From positions 1 through 64,000 of the forward strand of contig DF237261.1 of NCBI GenBank assembly GCA_000708835.1: a stretch of DNA of 64,000 nt, written 5' to 3'. This DNA is from Klebsormidium nitens. Its lineage: Eukaryota; Plantae; Klebsormidiophyceae. Made by a program: the position numbers and the translations under genes. Of the stretch, positions 8,822 through 21,300 are shown one piece after another; the first letter of the stretch is position 1, and each line of letters starts with the position of its first letter. The notes beneath the pieces are model-generated. The model had not been told where the DNA came from, did not search any database, and worked only from the letters and a program-made list of their open reading frames with translations.

Positions 8822-11800
8822 GTGTCTAAGATGCTGCCTCCAGAGCTTCGAAAGAATCTCAGACTTATGCGCGAACTAGACGCGCAGTCCCAAGGTACGT
8901 AATCAGGATAGTTGTTGGTTCCTACAGAAAGATATGGATGGCTGGAACTCACCCACCTGTCTTTCTAAGAGATGTTGGCACACGTCTTCGATGCTGTGTC
9001 ATTGCGGAGGTTACCAACGTAGTGCGCAGTCGAAAAATTTGCATTTTGCCCGTATGGCATACTGTTGGGCTGACTTCGAGGCTAGAAACATTGCACTCAT
9101 GTTTGTGTTGCCTGGTTGCAACTCAATTGTTGCTCATCCTGGTTGCGGATGTGTGTACGGTTTATTCCTGAACCGCCAGGTGATGGGTGCCAACTTTCTG
9201 TTTCCAAACCTGTTTGACAAAGAGTCCACTCACCTGCTAAAGGCGTGTTCATGATTATGCCCCATTTTGAAGACGAACCCCAGTTTAGAAAAGTTGACGG
9301 TTGAAAAGTCGTCATGAAACACTGTCCACTGATCAATGGATACAAGGACTCTGGACGTGGAAAACAAGCTCCACTTTTTTGAATGCTTTCAAATTTCTGA
9401 TGGAAGCTGTTTGCGAAGAAGTACCCATGTTCAGAGAGGAGACAATCGACCTAGCCTGCCCCTCTTGGCTTGCTTCAATGTGCTCCATATTCCATTTCCC
9501 TCGAGAAAAAGAATTTTACAACAATCAGAAGACGAATAAACGGAATCCCCGACAGAAGAATCGCAATCCGTTCTTTCCATCTGACGCAAGAACTCGAAGG
9601 TGTTCTTAAAAATGATTGGATAGTCAGAGAACTTGACAGCAAGAACTTCACATCGTTTCTTTTTTGTAATGTGCTCAGATCTCCAAAGGCGTATAGAAGA
9701 CACGCTCGCGGCACGGATTGCCGAGCTCAGGGAGCGCGCGGAGGGTGGGTCGCCGAAGGAAGGGAGTGTGACCCCCGGAAAAGATGCGCATGGGAAGGAG
9801 CGGCAGATCGAGAAGGATCATGACGCGTGCGCACAGCTGGCGGATAAAAAGGTTGCTCTTGCGGAGCAAACCTATAACCTGGTGAGCGCTTTTTCGGGTT
9901 TGCGGGTAACCCGACCTCGACCCTAAAAAAGTGATCCTAAGAGTTGCCCTGGCGGACCAAACCTATGGTGTGGTGGGCTTCGTACATTGTCAGTCGTTGA
10001 AAAGGGATTCCAAATGGGTCCCAAATGCTTCAGGTTTATGCCTGTTCCCGGTTGCCTTGCTGGCGGAATGAAACCGGGCGTAGATATTCTTTGATCTGGC
10101 GAGCTTCGGGCGCGTCTTTTGCTTGGAATGATGCCCTGAGCTTTGGGATCATGTTTAGCGCCCGAGATAGCACTGACTAACCGTAACGAAGTTCAAATGG
10201 CTGGCATTCTTTGTTTTGGGCGGAATAAGCCGAAAGCGTTTGGCAACATACCAGATGCGCATTAAAGCTTGACTGGCATTGCTGTGCGTAACACGCGAGT
10301 TGAAAGTGGCGCTTTGATCAAAGGCGCAACCATTCACAATTGGACCTTCCGGATCTATTAGCACTTGACGTTGAAAAGTAGACGGCTGTTTCTTGGGGTC
10401 TGATATGTACGTCATCGGAATCTCGAAGTTCGAAACCGATCGGAGGTGACAGTCTGGACAGCTTTAGTAACGCCAGGATTCGAGATAACCACACGATTGA
10501 TCGCCCTCTTTGATAAACCCACTGTATCTCAGCTTGACGTAAAGCTTCGTTCCGTTCCAGATTACTCCTTGCATAATCTCAGCAAACGAGCTTTTTCGTC
10601 TCGCGTCGGTCGAGCCTTGCGGAGCAACGTTCAACCGAACAATTCAGGATCGATCGAAACGGTCGAGCAAAATAGTCCAGCCGCATTTTTTGTTTTTGGG
10701 GTCGTGACAACAAAGATCATCAATCTAAATTTTTCCTTTTCGTGTTTGTATTTCTTTTCGCGGTCGTTCATCTACTAATTCCGAGTAAATACGAGGAAGT
10801 TTTGAAAAGGAGAGCTTTTCTTCCCTCACGTCAAGGTCCACTCCAATCGTCACTCAAATGATTATCGTCGTCAGATCGACAAGCATCTCAGACGTTTGTG
10901 TGCGGTCGTTCCTTTCCTATTTCTCGCCAAAATCATAGCCGCTCCTTCAATGATGAATCAATGCGCTTGCAATCAAGAGTTTCTCAACTGGGTGTTTTCA
11001 GATCGACAAGCACATACGACGGTTAGACACCGACCTCCACCGCTTACAAGCGGAAGTCAAGGCCGAGCGCGCCGCGGCCGCCGCAACTGCCGCCGCCGCA
11101 AACCCCCCCCTTCAGGAGCAGCCGAAAACATCCCCCCGGGACAGCAACGGGGACGCACACACCCCGGGGGGCACTCAGCGGAAAAGGTGCGCGAGCAACG
11201 AGCTCGGAGAACGGGTTCTGCTTTCACGCAAACATTGCAAGTTTTGCTTTTGCGATTTTTTCGAATGGATCGCATTCAGTCTGGTTCGGTGTGATCCAAC
11301 CGGAGCGCTCGTACGTTTCCGATGGACGTTGAGCGTGAAATTATGTTCGCAGGTTGCGTCGGTCCGACCAAGTCTGGTTGGCTCGCAAATGGCATCTATA
11401 CTGAAGGAGACTTCAACTGTCAACCCTCCTCCTTGGCAGCATAAATGACGCGCTTCATGACGTTTAGGCCACCAATTATCGCAGTCATCTGCCCCATTTC
11501 TAACCCACGAAGAATGGCCGTCTGGGGAGGACAATATTCTCTATCTTGCAACACCGGAAGGGAGTCTGACACGTGTGCCTCTGCAGAGGCCACGTGGCAA
11601 CGGGCGCCCCACCAGTGGTTCCGGAGGCGCCAGAGCCTCCCCCTGTGGAGATCAACCTGGAAATAGATCCAAACGAGCCGACCTACTGTTACTGCCAACA
11701 GGTGGGTTCCAGGCAAGCACATATTTCACTTCATGTGGCATCGAATCGTATCCTGGCCCCCTCTCTCAGATACGCATGAAAGCATCGGATGACGGATCGG

Positions 11801-12933
11801 TTTTCTTGGAGGCCTGGCTTTTCTGTAATGCTTAGCATGCTCGCTTGACAATTGACGATTGATACTTGTGCAATGAGAATCGATCTCCGTTTCTTCAGAA
11901 AAGGTGGGTCCGAACAGGCGACTTCTGTCTCGACGTCGTTCGCGTTTGCTGTGCTTCTGGTTACTCTCGTTCTGTCCTTTTCGAAAATTTCTGCGACAGA
12001 GCTTTCCTAAAATTGGACGGATCTCGAGGGTCGCACTTGTTTAGTTACACGGCATATCTGCCATTGCATCGACGTATCTTTGATTGGCAGGCGAGCGTAA
12101 CCTCCACGATTTGAAAGGGGACATTTGTACGTCTTGATATCCCCCTTGAGAGCCTTGTGAGCACCGCTTGGTCGACTCGGCAAAGGAATCCCTTGCCGTG
12201 CCGTAAACGGCCAAAGCGTCTTCTCGCCCTTACCGCCAACGAGTTGCGCCAAGAAGAAGCGTTCCCCATCTGACGACCGTGTTCCGCTGGAAATGGCGCG
12301 GAAGTAGACAGTGGAAACATTAAGGACGGATTGACGACTCAGTCCCTCTTTCCTGAAAGCCAAGTCTCAGGAACGTCGCGGTCTTGCCTTGCAGGTCTCG
12401 TTTGGCGAAATGGTGGGCTGCGATAATAAAGACGTGAGATTCCCGACTCTTTTGACCTTCTCTCCAGCCAGATCTTCTCCGTTTGGCAGGCCTGTCTTGT
12501 AGATTGCTTGTATTGACTCCGCGTTAGTAGGAAACGCGTGCTTAGACTGCTCACCTTATTTCTCCACGATGGAAGGGTGACATCGGTTTGGACATTTTGT
12601 AGTAGCGAACCTGATTTTGAGTCCTATCAAAGGAGCAACTAGAAGTGCGTCTCTTTCCAATGTCCCTCGGGCCTACGTGGTATTCCATCTAGTGACGGGT
12701 TGTGGTGTACGATACACACTACTGCCTCGACTATGCATACGAGACAGATCCTCGAAGCAGACGCTTATGCAAAGCTGTATTGGGCCGGTGATTGTCTCAC
12801 GGTTCGCCTTCCCTTCCAACAGTGCGAAATTCAGTGGTTCCACTTCGATTGCGTGGGACTCACTACCAAGCCCCGGGGCAAGTGGTACTGCCCCGACTGC
12901 ATAACAAAAGTCAAACGGAAGCGGACAAAGTGA
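8822..12933 (+). CDS. ING: ING-family PHD-finger protein (H3K4me3 reader); first exon not located
   Basis: Exons 8822-8894 ([20 protein letters not shown]), 9679-9881 ([15 protein letters not shown]), 11002-11186 (IDKHIRRLD), 11587-11701 ([13 protein letters not shown]), 12395-12433 ([13 protein letters not shown]), 12823-12933 ([26 protein letters not shown]). All splice phases are compatible. Confidence 0.95.
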
Positions 12934-14839
12934 CCGGGGTGCAGGGCGGCGGTCGCCCTGATAGACAGGGTTAAGTTCTGGTTAGGGCAACGTTAGGCCC
13001 AGGTAAGGCTCACGTTAGGCTAAGAGTAAGTAAAGGGATCAGAGGCTTTCGGGAACTTATACGCCTTGGACGGAGGCGCCATAAGTTTCGAAAGACTCAT
13101 CTATGGGCGTTGCCGGGAAGCGTGTTTCTGATGCGGTTTTGCTTTATAGGCAGTACTGTCGGCCATATGCTGATCTGGGTCTGCAAGTCATTGTTCGGCG
13201 GCCGCATCGCTTCATCTGTGAACCAATACATATCTTCACAATGGTGGTTGGTTTGGATCCTAGAGCCTTCTTCGCTTTCCAAATGCTTGAAGTACCTAGC
13301 TACTTAACACTGAGAGATGACTGGCAGAAGAGTGCTCTGCCAGAGGTCGGACGGAACAACGTGTCTGACATTTTTTGCACATGTCATGGCTCACATCAGC
13401 TTGCATAACAAATGTGCATGGGCCCCCACTGGTTTAACAAGCTCTTCAGGGGCTGTCGAAGGCCCACAATAGTACAGTTGCCGTATACACACTAAGTGCA
13501 GGCAAAAGCAGCTGATTCAATACAAGCGCGGGCCTAGCTATAGCAGTGCTGATCGAGAGAATTCGTGTATCAAGGCCTGGAATTGATATGTAGCCAATCT
13601 CAGCATGATCAAATCTCATGACAGTGCCCGATTATAGCTACCAGAACTCGACCTTTTAGTATCCAGGCGCGTTCGCATGCAATTTGATGGTTGGGTTCTT
13701 GTCTGTACGCCAAAAGTTTCAAAGGGATTGCGATCCCATACAGGGTCCAGTAAACCGGCCGAGAACACAAATCTAATTTGTGGTGACCAGCAGAAGCTTC
13801 TTAGCCGTGTCTATGAGTCTAAAGTTGCATGCAAGAAGTAGAACAAAGATTACAGCAGCACACACTGAGCCTTGCAGGTCAATGCAACACCAAGAGCATG
13901 AGACAAGCTTTGTTTGGACGGCCAATGAAGAACGATCAGGGCGAAGGCAAACGAATTCACACAACACAACACAACACACTTTTAAATCATATACAGTTCA
14001 AACAATATCGTTCCCCTTAAGCTTATGGAGGGGGTAACACGCGATGCAACTGTAACTACTCTACAGGCAGTTTGCCGCACTATGCAGGCACTCGTCACGC
14101 ATCTATTTGACTAGCTTCTGGTTCTTAAAAGGCCACCTCACTTTCTTTGTACTAGCTTTTGCTTCTGGGAAGCCATCTTGCTTTCAATATAGCTTGTTAG
14201 CACAACTATTCGCTTCTGGCCCCGGAGCATTTGCAGCCCACTCTGAAACCGCCAGGTCAAACCTGCTCCTGCTAGATACCGGCTAGTGTCTAGTCAGCAC
14301 CACCTCTTTATACCCAAACCTTGCTAGTCATATTGATCACTACACACCAGTCATTAGCTGTCCTACCTTATGCTAATCTATGTCACACACAGTACGGGCC
14401 ACCTTGGAAGGGGCAAAGAATTAGGTACACGAGTATAGACAATCCGCGATTGTGGGACTACTATAGGTCTGCTGAGCTGGTGGGCTTTTCTGGTCTCAGG
14501 GGAGGTGAAGTGGGGCAGCTCTAAACAGTTTGCTTTGCTGCAAAGGAGGGAACAAAGACCATCTCAGGGTTCTGATTGTAGAGAATCTATTCAAGGACAA
14601 ATGACATGATCATCAGAATCAGCTAATTATTATAATAAGCCCAGGGTCACCGCAGCAAGTCATACCACAGGCCAGGCTCGACAAGAAAGTCTGGCTTAAT
14701 GAAGCTTCAGCTCTCATGTATTCAACATGCCAACTTTCTCCCAAGAACGGTTCACAATCACTTCCAGATATAAAACCATGCAACAAAAGCTTCGCAGAAT
14801 TAGGAACTACTTTGGGGGCCTGCATTTTTGTTCACTCAC

Positions 14840-15910
14840 CTAACCTTTGCCCGTCGCGGGCATCGAATTGCATGTCACCCCCGAGCGTTTGACTGCAAAG
14901 CCTTGCAGTGGCTGCTTCTAGAGCAGCATCAAAGGCCTTGGCGCGGTTTTTTGTCCTTGTGAGGAGGTAATGCTTGAAGAAGTCAGAGTTCTCCTTTTCC
15001 AACCCCTTCCAAACTGCACAAGTACGAGGACTAATGTCAACCAGCTCATAATATGCAATTGTTGTCCTGCTTTCTTTCTGACTCTGCTCTCTGACTTACT
15101 GATAACACAGACTACATGATCCAAATACTAGTTGAACGAACTACCCAGACTGAGCTCAGTTGAGTAGGAAAAGCGAAGTCAAACACAGCACCAAACCTAA
15201 CAGCTAACCTTAAGCCAGCCAAATACACAATCAGCCTCAGCTCCAACACATTCAGCACTGCAGGACACTATTGTGAAGGCTGATCGCAACACAACTTTTG
15301 ATCAGCACAGTTGATCAGATCAGGTGCCTACAACCCAAGATCATTACCTGCAATTGTGATTGCTGGTTGGACATGGGCATACTTTGCCAAACTCTTGCAG
15401 CAGCCTTCTAGATCCATGTACATAATCAAGCACTTCTCAATCAGGTGCTGAACCTGCAGAATGCAACAGGGGTAACCCGTGATCAGCTTTTACACAAGTA
15501 AGAGAAACCAGTTCTGCCATCCGGAGTGCTCGTAGAGAGACCAAGGCAATAGGAAAGACTCCACAAGGTAGAATTGCAAAAGACAGAAATGCATGGTGTA
15601 CCAATTCTGCGATCAACTCAAACCCCGCGCAAGCATCTTTCCACAAAATGGACCAAAGATCATTGCCACATAACCCAGCACCAGCTCACGAATGCACCAA
15701 CCACCTAGGAAGTGACGGAACAGTAGAGCAGCTGATTGATCAACATGCTGATTCTTGTCAGGGTGAACACGGACCAAAGAGCTTGAGAACCTTGCAGTTG
15801 CATTGGATGCTTACCATGACGATGTAAGAGTGTGAGACCTGCTTCGTGCCGGCCGCCTTGCCTGAATGCACCATCGCTGACACCTGATTTCGTTTGACAG
15901 GCACCCTCAT
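14840..15910 (-). CDS. Plant-specific A_thal_3526 / TIGR01589-type domain protein; 3' end uncertain
   Basis: Not in the ORF track. Exons 15874(or 15910)-15815 (KQVSHSYIVM), 15453-15348 (VQHLIEKCLIMYMDLEGCCKSLAKYAHVQPAITIA), 15013-14840 (VWKGLEKENSDFFKHY) match the V-Q-x-LIE-x-CL...VW-x-x-LE-x-EN-x-x-FF signature. A possible last exon is 14268-14138. Confidence 0.85.
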
Positions 15911-16773
15911 GATCGCTAACTTAGGGCGTGCGCGTCAAGCGCTTCAACTTGGCTGATCTAAACTGGACTTCCTGATCCGACTCCAAAAGCGCTCCCCGTC
16001 TACAAAATGAACCTGATCAAGACCGCCTCACGACTTTGTCCAAGAAGTAAGGCCAACTTCACTTGTCAAACCCTCAAACACCAGGATCGTCTTCGTCTCC
16101 GCGCTTTGTACTCCGCCCTCGTGAACGGAACGTGTTCTCCAGCTTCACAGCGGTGCTTGGAGGCGGGGCAGACGGCATCCCTTGCGCTCCAGCAGGGCTC
16201 CAGCTTCCGAGCTCATGCAGGCGTGTGTCCTCCCTGCCTTTTCCCAAAAGTGACGACGCGCAACTTTTGCAGCAGTCGACGTGGGTACACGAGGAGCCAC
16301 GCCGTTTGAGTACACTTTGAGTACTCTGCCTAACCTGGGTACTTCAAGAATCGTCCATCATGCAGATGGCTTGCTTCATTCAAGTTCAAGCTTCAGCTTG
16401 GCGCAGGCAGGGCGTACAGCTGGCAACTCGGTAGTGGGCGGCGCTTCGACTCCCTTTTCCTGGACTGCAGTCGTGATTGAGTGCTATCGCACCCTTATAG
16501 GGTTTCTGAAAGAAGTACCCACAGATGGTACACCAAAATTGGTTGCAACCCTCCGAACCTTTGACCGTACGTGACCAAGCCTACCCGGTGTATTGCCCCG
16601 GTAAGGCTCGCCGGCTCTGTATTGTCGGGGGGGGTGAAAAGATTAATTGGCCGCGCGGTAACATCGCTTTTGTAGCAGGAATTCCTTTCCCGGGCAGCAT
16701 GGTCCCTACCGACGACCCTGATAGCACCGGTGCCATATACTGAGCTCGCGCATGATAACTGAGTAGCTATGCC

Positions 16774-16938
16774 TACGTGGCCGGCTCGATTTGATAAAGG
16801 GACGGTTCAACTAAGAGCCACGTCAAAGCCAGCTAGATGCATCAACGTGGCAAATATCTGGGGCACGAAACGGTTACGCACTTGCTTCAGGCCAATCAAC
16901 GAGCGGTAATGGTAAACGCAGCGTCCTTTTCACGTGTG
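16774..16938. promoter_or_regulatory. Cluster of ABRE/G-box (ACGT-core) motifs
   Basis: TACGTGGC 16774, GCCACGTCA 16817 (reverse TGACGTGGC), AACGTGGC 16844, CACGTG 16931. Confidence 0.45.
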
Positions 16939-17070
16939 CTTTTCCCGCCAATTCGCAATGTGTTACGATCTCGAACACGTCAGATTGATTGCCACCGAGG
17001 TCTTCTCTGACGTCACAACATTGTTCCGTATCCGCAATCAGATACAAGATTGTGTTTCATCGGATACCAG

Positions 17071-17289
17071 CAGGGATTCCCATGGACTTTCGTCCCGGCC
17101 AGCCAGCCACAGGCAGCCCCCCGGTTGTACCAGCTGTGGGCTAGGCGGTTGGCTCTACCGGCCAGCTGAATTCCCTACAGACCTGTCAATTCTACCAGCT
17201 ACCGAGCTGGCGGGGTGCCTTCGGCACCAGCCAGGGGCCCTTCCCGGCCAGCCAGGTCCACCCCAGGCTGCCAGTTGTGGGAATCCCTG
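17071..17289. mobile_element. 219-bp non-autonomous hAT-type MITE
   Basis: Perfect 12-bp TIRs CAGGGATTCCCA (17071-17082) / TGGGAATCCCTG (17278-17289). Perfect 8-bp TSD GATACCAG (17063-17070 and 17290-17297). Internal CCGGCCAGC repeats at 17095, 17158, 17244. Confidence 0.9.
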
Positions 17290-18313
17290 GATACCAGTAC
17301 CAGACGATGGATCCAAATCGACGGTCGATTTAGGGGATATTCCGGCGGAGTTGGTTGGAGTTGGAGTTGGTTGGACGCTTTTGCATCGACGGTCGAGCTG
17401 CATTCCAGAAGTAAGAGGTCGCCTCTCCAGCCTTCAAAAATTCGCCTTGCCGTCTGATCGGGACCTGATCAAGATGTCATAACTTATATATACCCACAGA
17501 GCGGGTGTTCTCTTTTAATCGCAGATGGGGCGGCCGAAAATTGAAGGTGTTGTTTTGCCCAATTTCCCCCGGCCTGCTACTTAGCGTTGTGCCGAGGCCG
17601 GTAATTCCCGGTCCGGCGCGCAAAGTTACCCGGTATACAACAATCTGATTGCAACAACACCATATCCGGCCTACCGAGATCCTACCTTGTCCGGTGTCCG
17701 TCAAGTCGAATTCAGACTTTTATCACCGGCCGGGTGCATGGTCGTTTGGAACACCTCGGTGTTGTTGCTGACGTATAACCCACGATCGACGCGGTGCTTT
17801 TCGGCGGCAACAGCACCACGATCATCGCTGTATACCGTCGCTGCGCAAAATGAAGACAACGTGGTCCTCTTTGCAATGTGTTTATATTTATATAGACCCC
17901 TAGTAGCTAGTAATTAGAAACTCATAAGGACTTCTTAGCAGGTCTAGCTTAAAACATGCGCCAATCACTTATCATGAGCCAATTATGTTGACAGGTAGAA
18001 TTGATGAGTCAGACATGCCGACTACTTCGAGGACGTACCAAGAGCTTGCTTGTTAGCTCATCATTGCTTCTCAAGCATGGGGGCATCGGCCACTGATCAT
18101 AGCGTTTATGGCCCCATTAGTTCCACCACACCCCATATGGACGCAATTTTGTTCGCTTAATTTCCATTTGCGAAAGCGGACTCTATCAACTGAGGTCTCT
18201 AGTACAAGCGAGCTTCAACTACACATACTTATGAGGAACCCAAGACATCTGATTATTGTACATATATAACCTAAAAGCACCATTAGTTTCAATACGTCAT
18301 CTGGCTCCGTGCC

Positions 18314-21300
18314 TCATTGCGGGTTTGGTGGCCGACTATTGGCGGCTGCAACGCGCGAGCCCCACTCGAGCAATTCTTTGCTGCAATCATCTCGGTGGAT
18401 GAACACTTCGATGAAGCACAGCGACTCGTGCTTCTCCCCGAGCGCTGTGCTGATAGCCTCGGTGAGATCCTCCTCTGTTTTCACCTGCACGAAGGTTAAG
18501 ATAAGCGCCTTAGCAGGAGCTCATGAAACGAATCATATCTGGATTACACCATTTAAGAGGAAGACGTCCCGTTGTCAGCTTCCAAAGGGGGATCGTCCGA
18601 GATTTATTCTCAAAGGTAAGCACTCTGAGAACAGCTAAAAAAAAACCGTGTTTTTGATGCAACTCCGGAAAGATAACGGTCTAAAGAGGGTTCGAGTCGG
18701 ATGAGGTCGCACGCAAGAAGGTCCTCCGTTTTGACCTGCAAAACTTGCAAATTGCCATAGATGCAGATCGTTATCAGCTTCGAGATTGAGCCGAAGTGGG
18801 ATGCAAGCCATAAGCTTCCTTCTGCAGCAATGCCGGTCAAAAAGAAACCTCAGTCTTAACCAAATGGACCCCGGCAAACGCGGTTACCCAAAACGACCAA
18901 GACGTGAATTTTTGACCTTCCATGAAACGTACGACTTTGAGAAAAAGGGAGTGCCGCGGCAGTCGCTGCTCACCTGCGTGGTCCAGCATTTGCCTTCTCC
19001 GTTGTGAAACGCGTTGATGAGCGCGGCGTAGTTCCAGCGCTTGATGTTGTTATACGGGCCGTCGTGGATCTCGACTTCGATCGTGTACCCGTCGTTGTTG
19101 ATCAGGAAGATAATGGGGTTTGTCCCGTACCGGATCATGGAAGAGACGTCCTGTGCTGTCACCTGGAAAATAAAAGGCAACGCTTTATTCCAACAGCTTG
19201 AACCAGAATGTACTTCCCATCGATCCCTTATCGTTGCTCAAAAGAGTTGACTCTTTAAAATGTCATTCATCGCCTTTCTGCTCCCTTTGCCCACATCTTG
19301 CAGAAGAAAACTGATCTTCGTCAGACCTGAGACGAACCGAAATTTGGACGAGACGTCCTGTGCTGTCACCTGGGCACAAAAAGGCAGGGCTTGCTTTGGA
19401 TCAAGTACAAGCCCCCTGGATGTACCTCCTATGAATTCGATCTGCTGCTCGAAAGGATCGGTCTCAAAGGGTTCATTGATATGCTTTCCTGCCCCCTTCC
19501 TCACGACTATGGGAGGAACTACTTTCAACATGCGTACTCTTCTGCAAAAGCTCTTGGGAAACACATGTGCGAGTACTCAAGAACCATGGCGCTTCAGAAC
19601 CGATTTGAGACGCGTGTGCTTGACAAGAAACTAGGTCAATTACTGGACGAAAACCCCTGCGTAGTCGCCTTGAAAAAGGCGCAGCATCTGTTTAGAGAAC
19701 CCGAGTAGCACGTTCAGGGTGACGTCGAGCACCTTCACCCGCAGGATGAGATGACGTCACCAGAGACGTCCAGTATACTACTAGTGGGTAATGCAGGTTT
19801 GACAAGGGCCGTGGGCTTAGAGCATGTGTGACTGGTCCACGAGTTAGACGAGCTGCAGAGACATTTGAACCCTTGCGTCACCCTCTGCTCACTGCATCTC
19901 TTCGGCTTGTTTGCGAACGTGCCAAATGGTGAAACTCCGTTGGGGGGCAGCTGAGGGCCCCTTACCTGGAAGCTCCCATCGCCGATGCACGCAATCACGC
20001 GCTTATCCTTTGCTCCGATCGCGTATCCGAGCGTCGCTCCCACGGACCACCCAATCGACCCGTACTGCATTTGGAACTCGTACCTACAAAAGTTGGATTG
20101 CAGAAAAGTTGTCAATGGCCGAAACGGCTTTCAGATCGCCCGATCGTTGCCCCGGCGAGTACCGTATCTGGGATCGCGCAATCCCCGCAATCGCACGTTC
20201 GCAAACCTTTCGGGCACCTGCAAAGGTAGAGTCGCACAAGCGCGAGCAATGACGACTGATGAAAGTTAACGTGAGGGGCAAATCGATTCGAGTGTGCGAA
20301 AGTGATGTCGGGAAGACGCGACCACAAGAAATACCTTCTGGTGAAGTGCAAAGAGCCTCTCAGTGACAAATCTTCCTTTGACTCGTTGTAGTGTGCAATG
20401 AGCTTGGAGAAGACAAATGCACGAAGTAACTCAAAGAGCGAGCAAAACGTTACTCCACACCGCAGCCTTCTTTTCGAGTGCATCCTCATGTGTCTGCTCC
20501 AGGCGACGTCCTACAATATTGAGCATCTAGTCACGGAAACGCGTACAGAAAACGACAGACGAACGATTCCCAACATGTCTGATCATCTCGTCAAGGAAAC
20601 GCGTAAAGAGAAAGACGACAAAGGAACTCCAGCGTGTCTCATCATCTCGTCACGGAAACGCGGAAAGAGAACAACGACGAAAAACCCGAACGCCGGTATC
20701 GCCTTACCCGCAGCCGTCCGGCAGCTTTAGCTTTTGGCAGTTGAACCACGAGTCGCCCGTCTCCGCAATGACGGCGGTGTCGGGCGTGAGCAGCTTCTGC
20801 AGTGCAATGGATAAGAAGAGATCTCAATGGTCTGAACTTTCGAAATTTTCGCAGATGTTACCGCTGTTTAGATCCACTATTGGTTTCAATAGCAGCTCTG
20901 TACTCTGGCTGAGAGCTAAGAAGCTCTACAATGCACATGTAAAAAGAGCGTGGTCAAAAGGACTTCTGAATTCCTGGTTTCCAACATTCGCGCAAATATT
21001 ATTGCTTTCCAAATACTTCCGAGGTCAAAGGGAGAAGCCGCTGAAACGTATGCAGTTGTATCAAGAGTTGCCCGTTTAGGCGTTGACGGCTGTGTTGGAT
21101 ACAAGCAGCTTCTGTAATGCACAAGAAAAAGTGCCTAGTCAAGAAGAGGACGCCGGGAGGTCTGTTTGTAGGAGCTCGTCGCAACGGAATCTCGAACGGA
21201 TCCCTTACCTGCACGTGCTAGACAGAAGGTTGGTCACGAAATTAATCTGCATGCTCAATGACGCCTGGTAATCGGGTCGAATGTCCGAACGAAGAGATTG

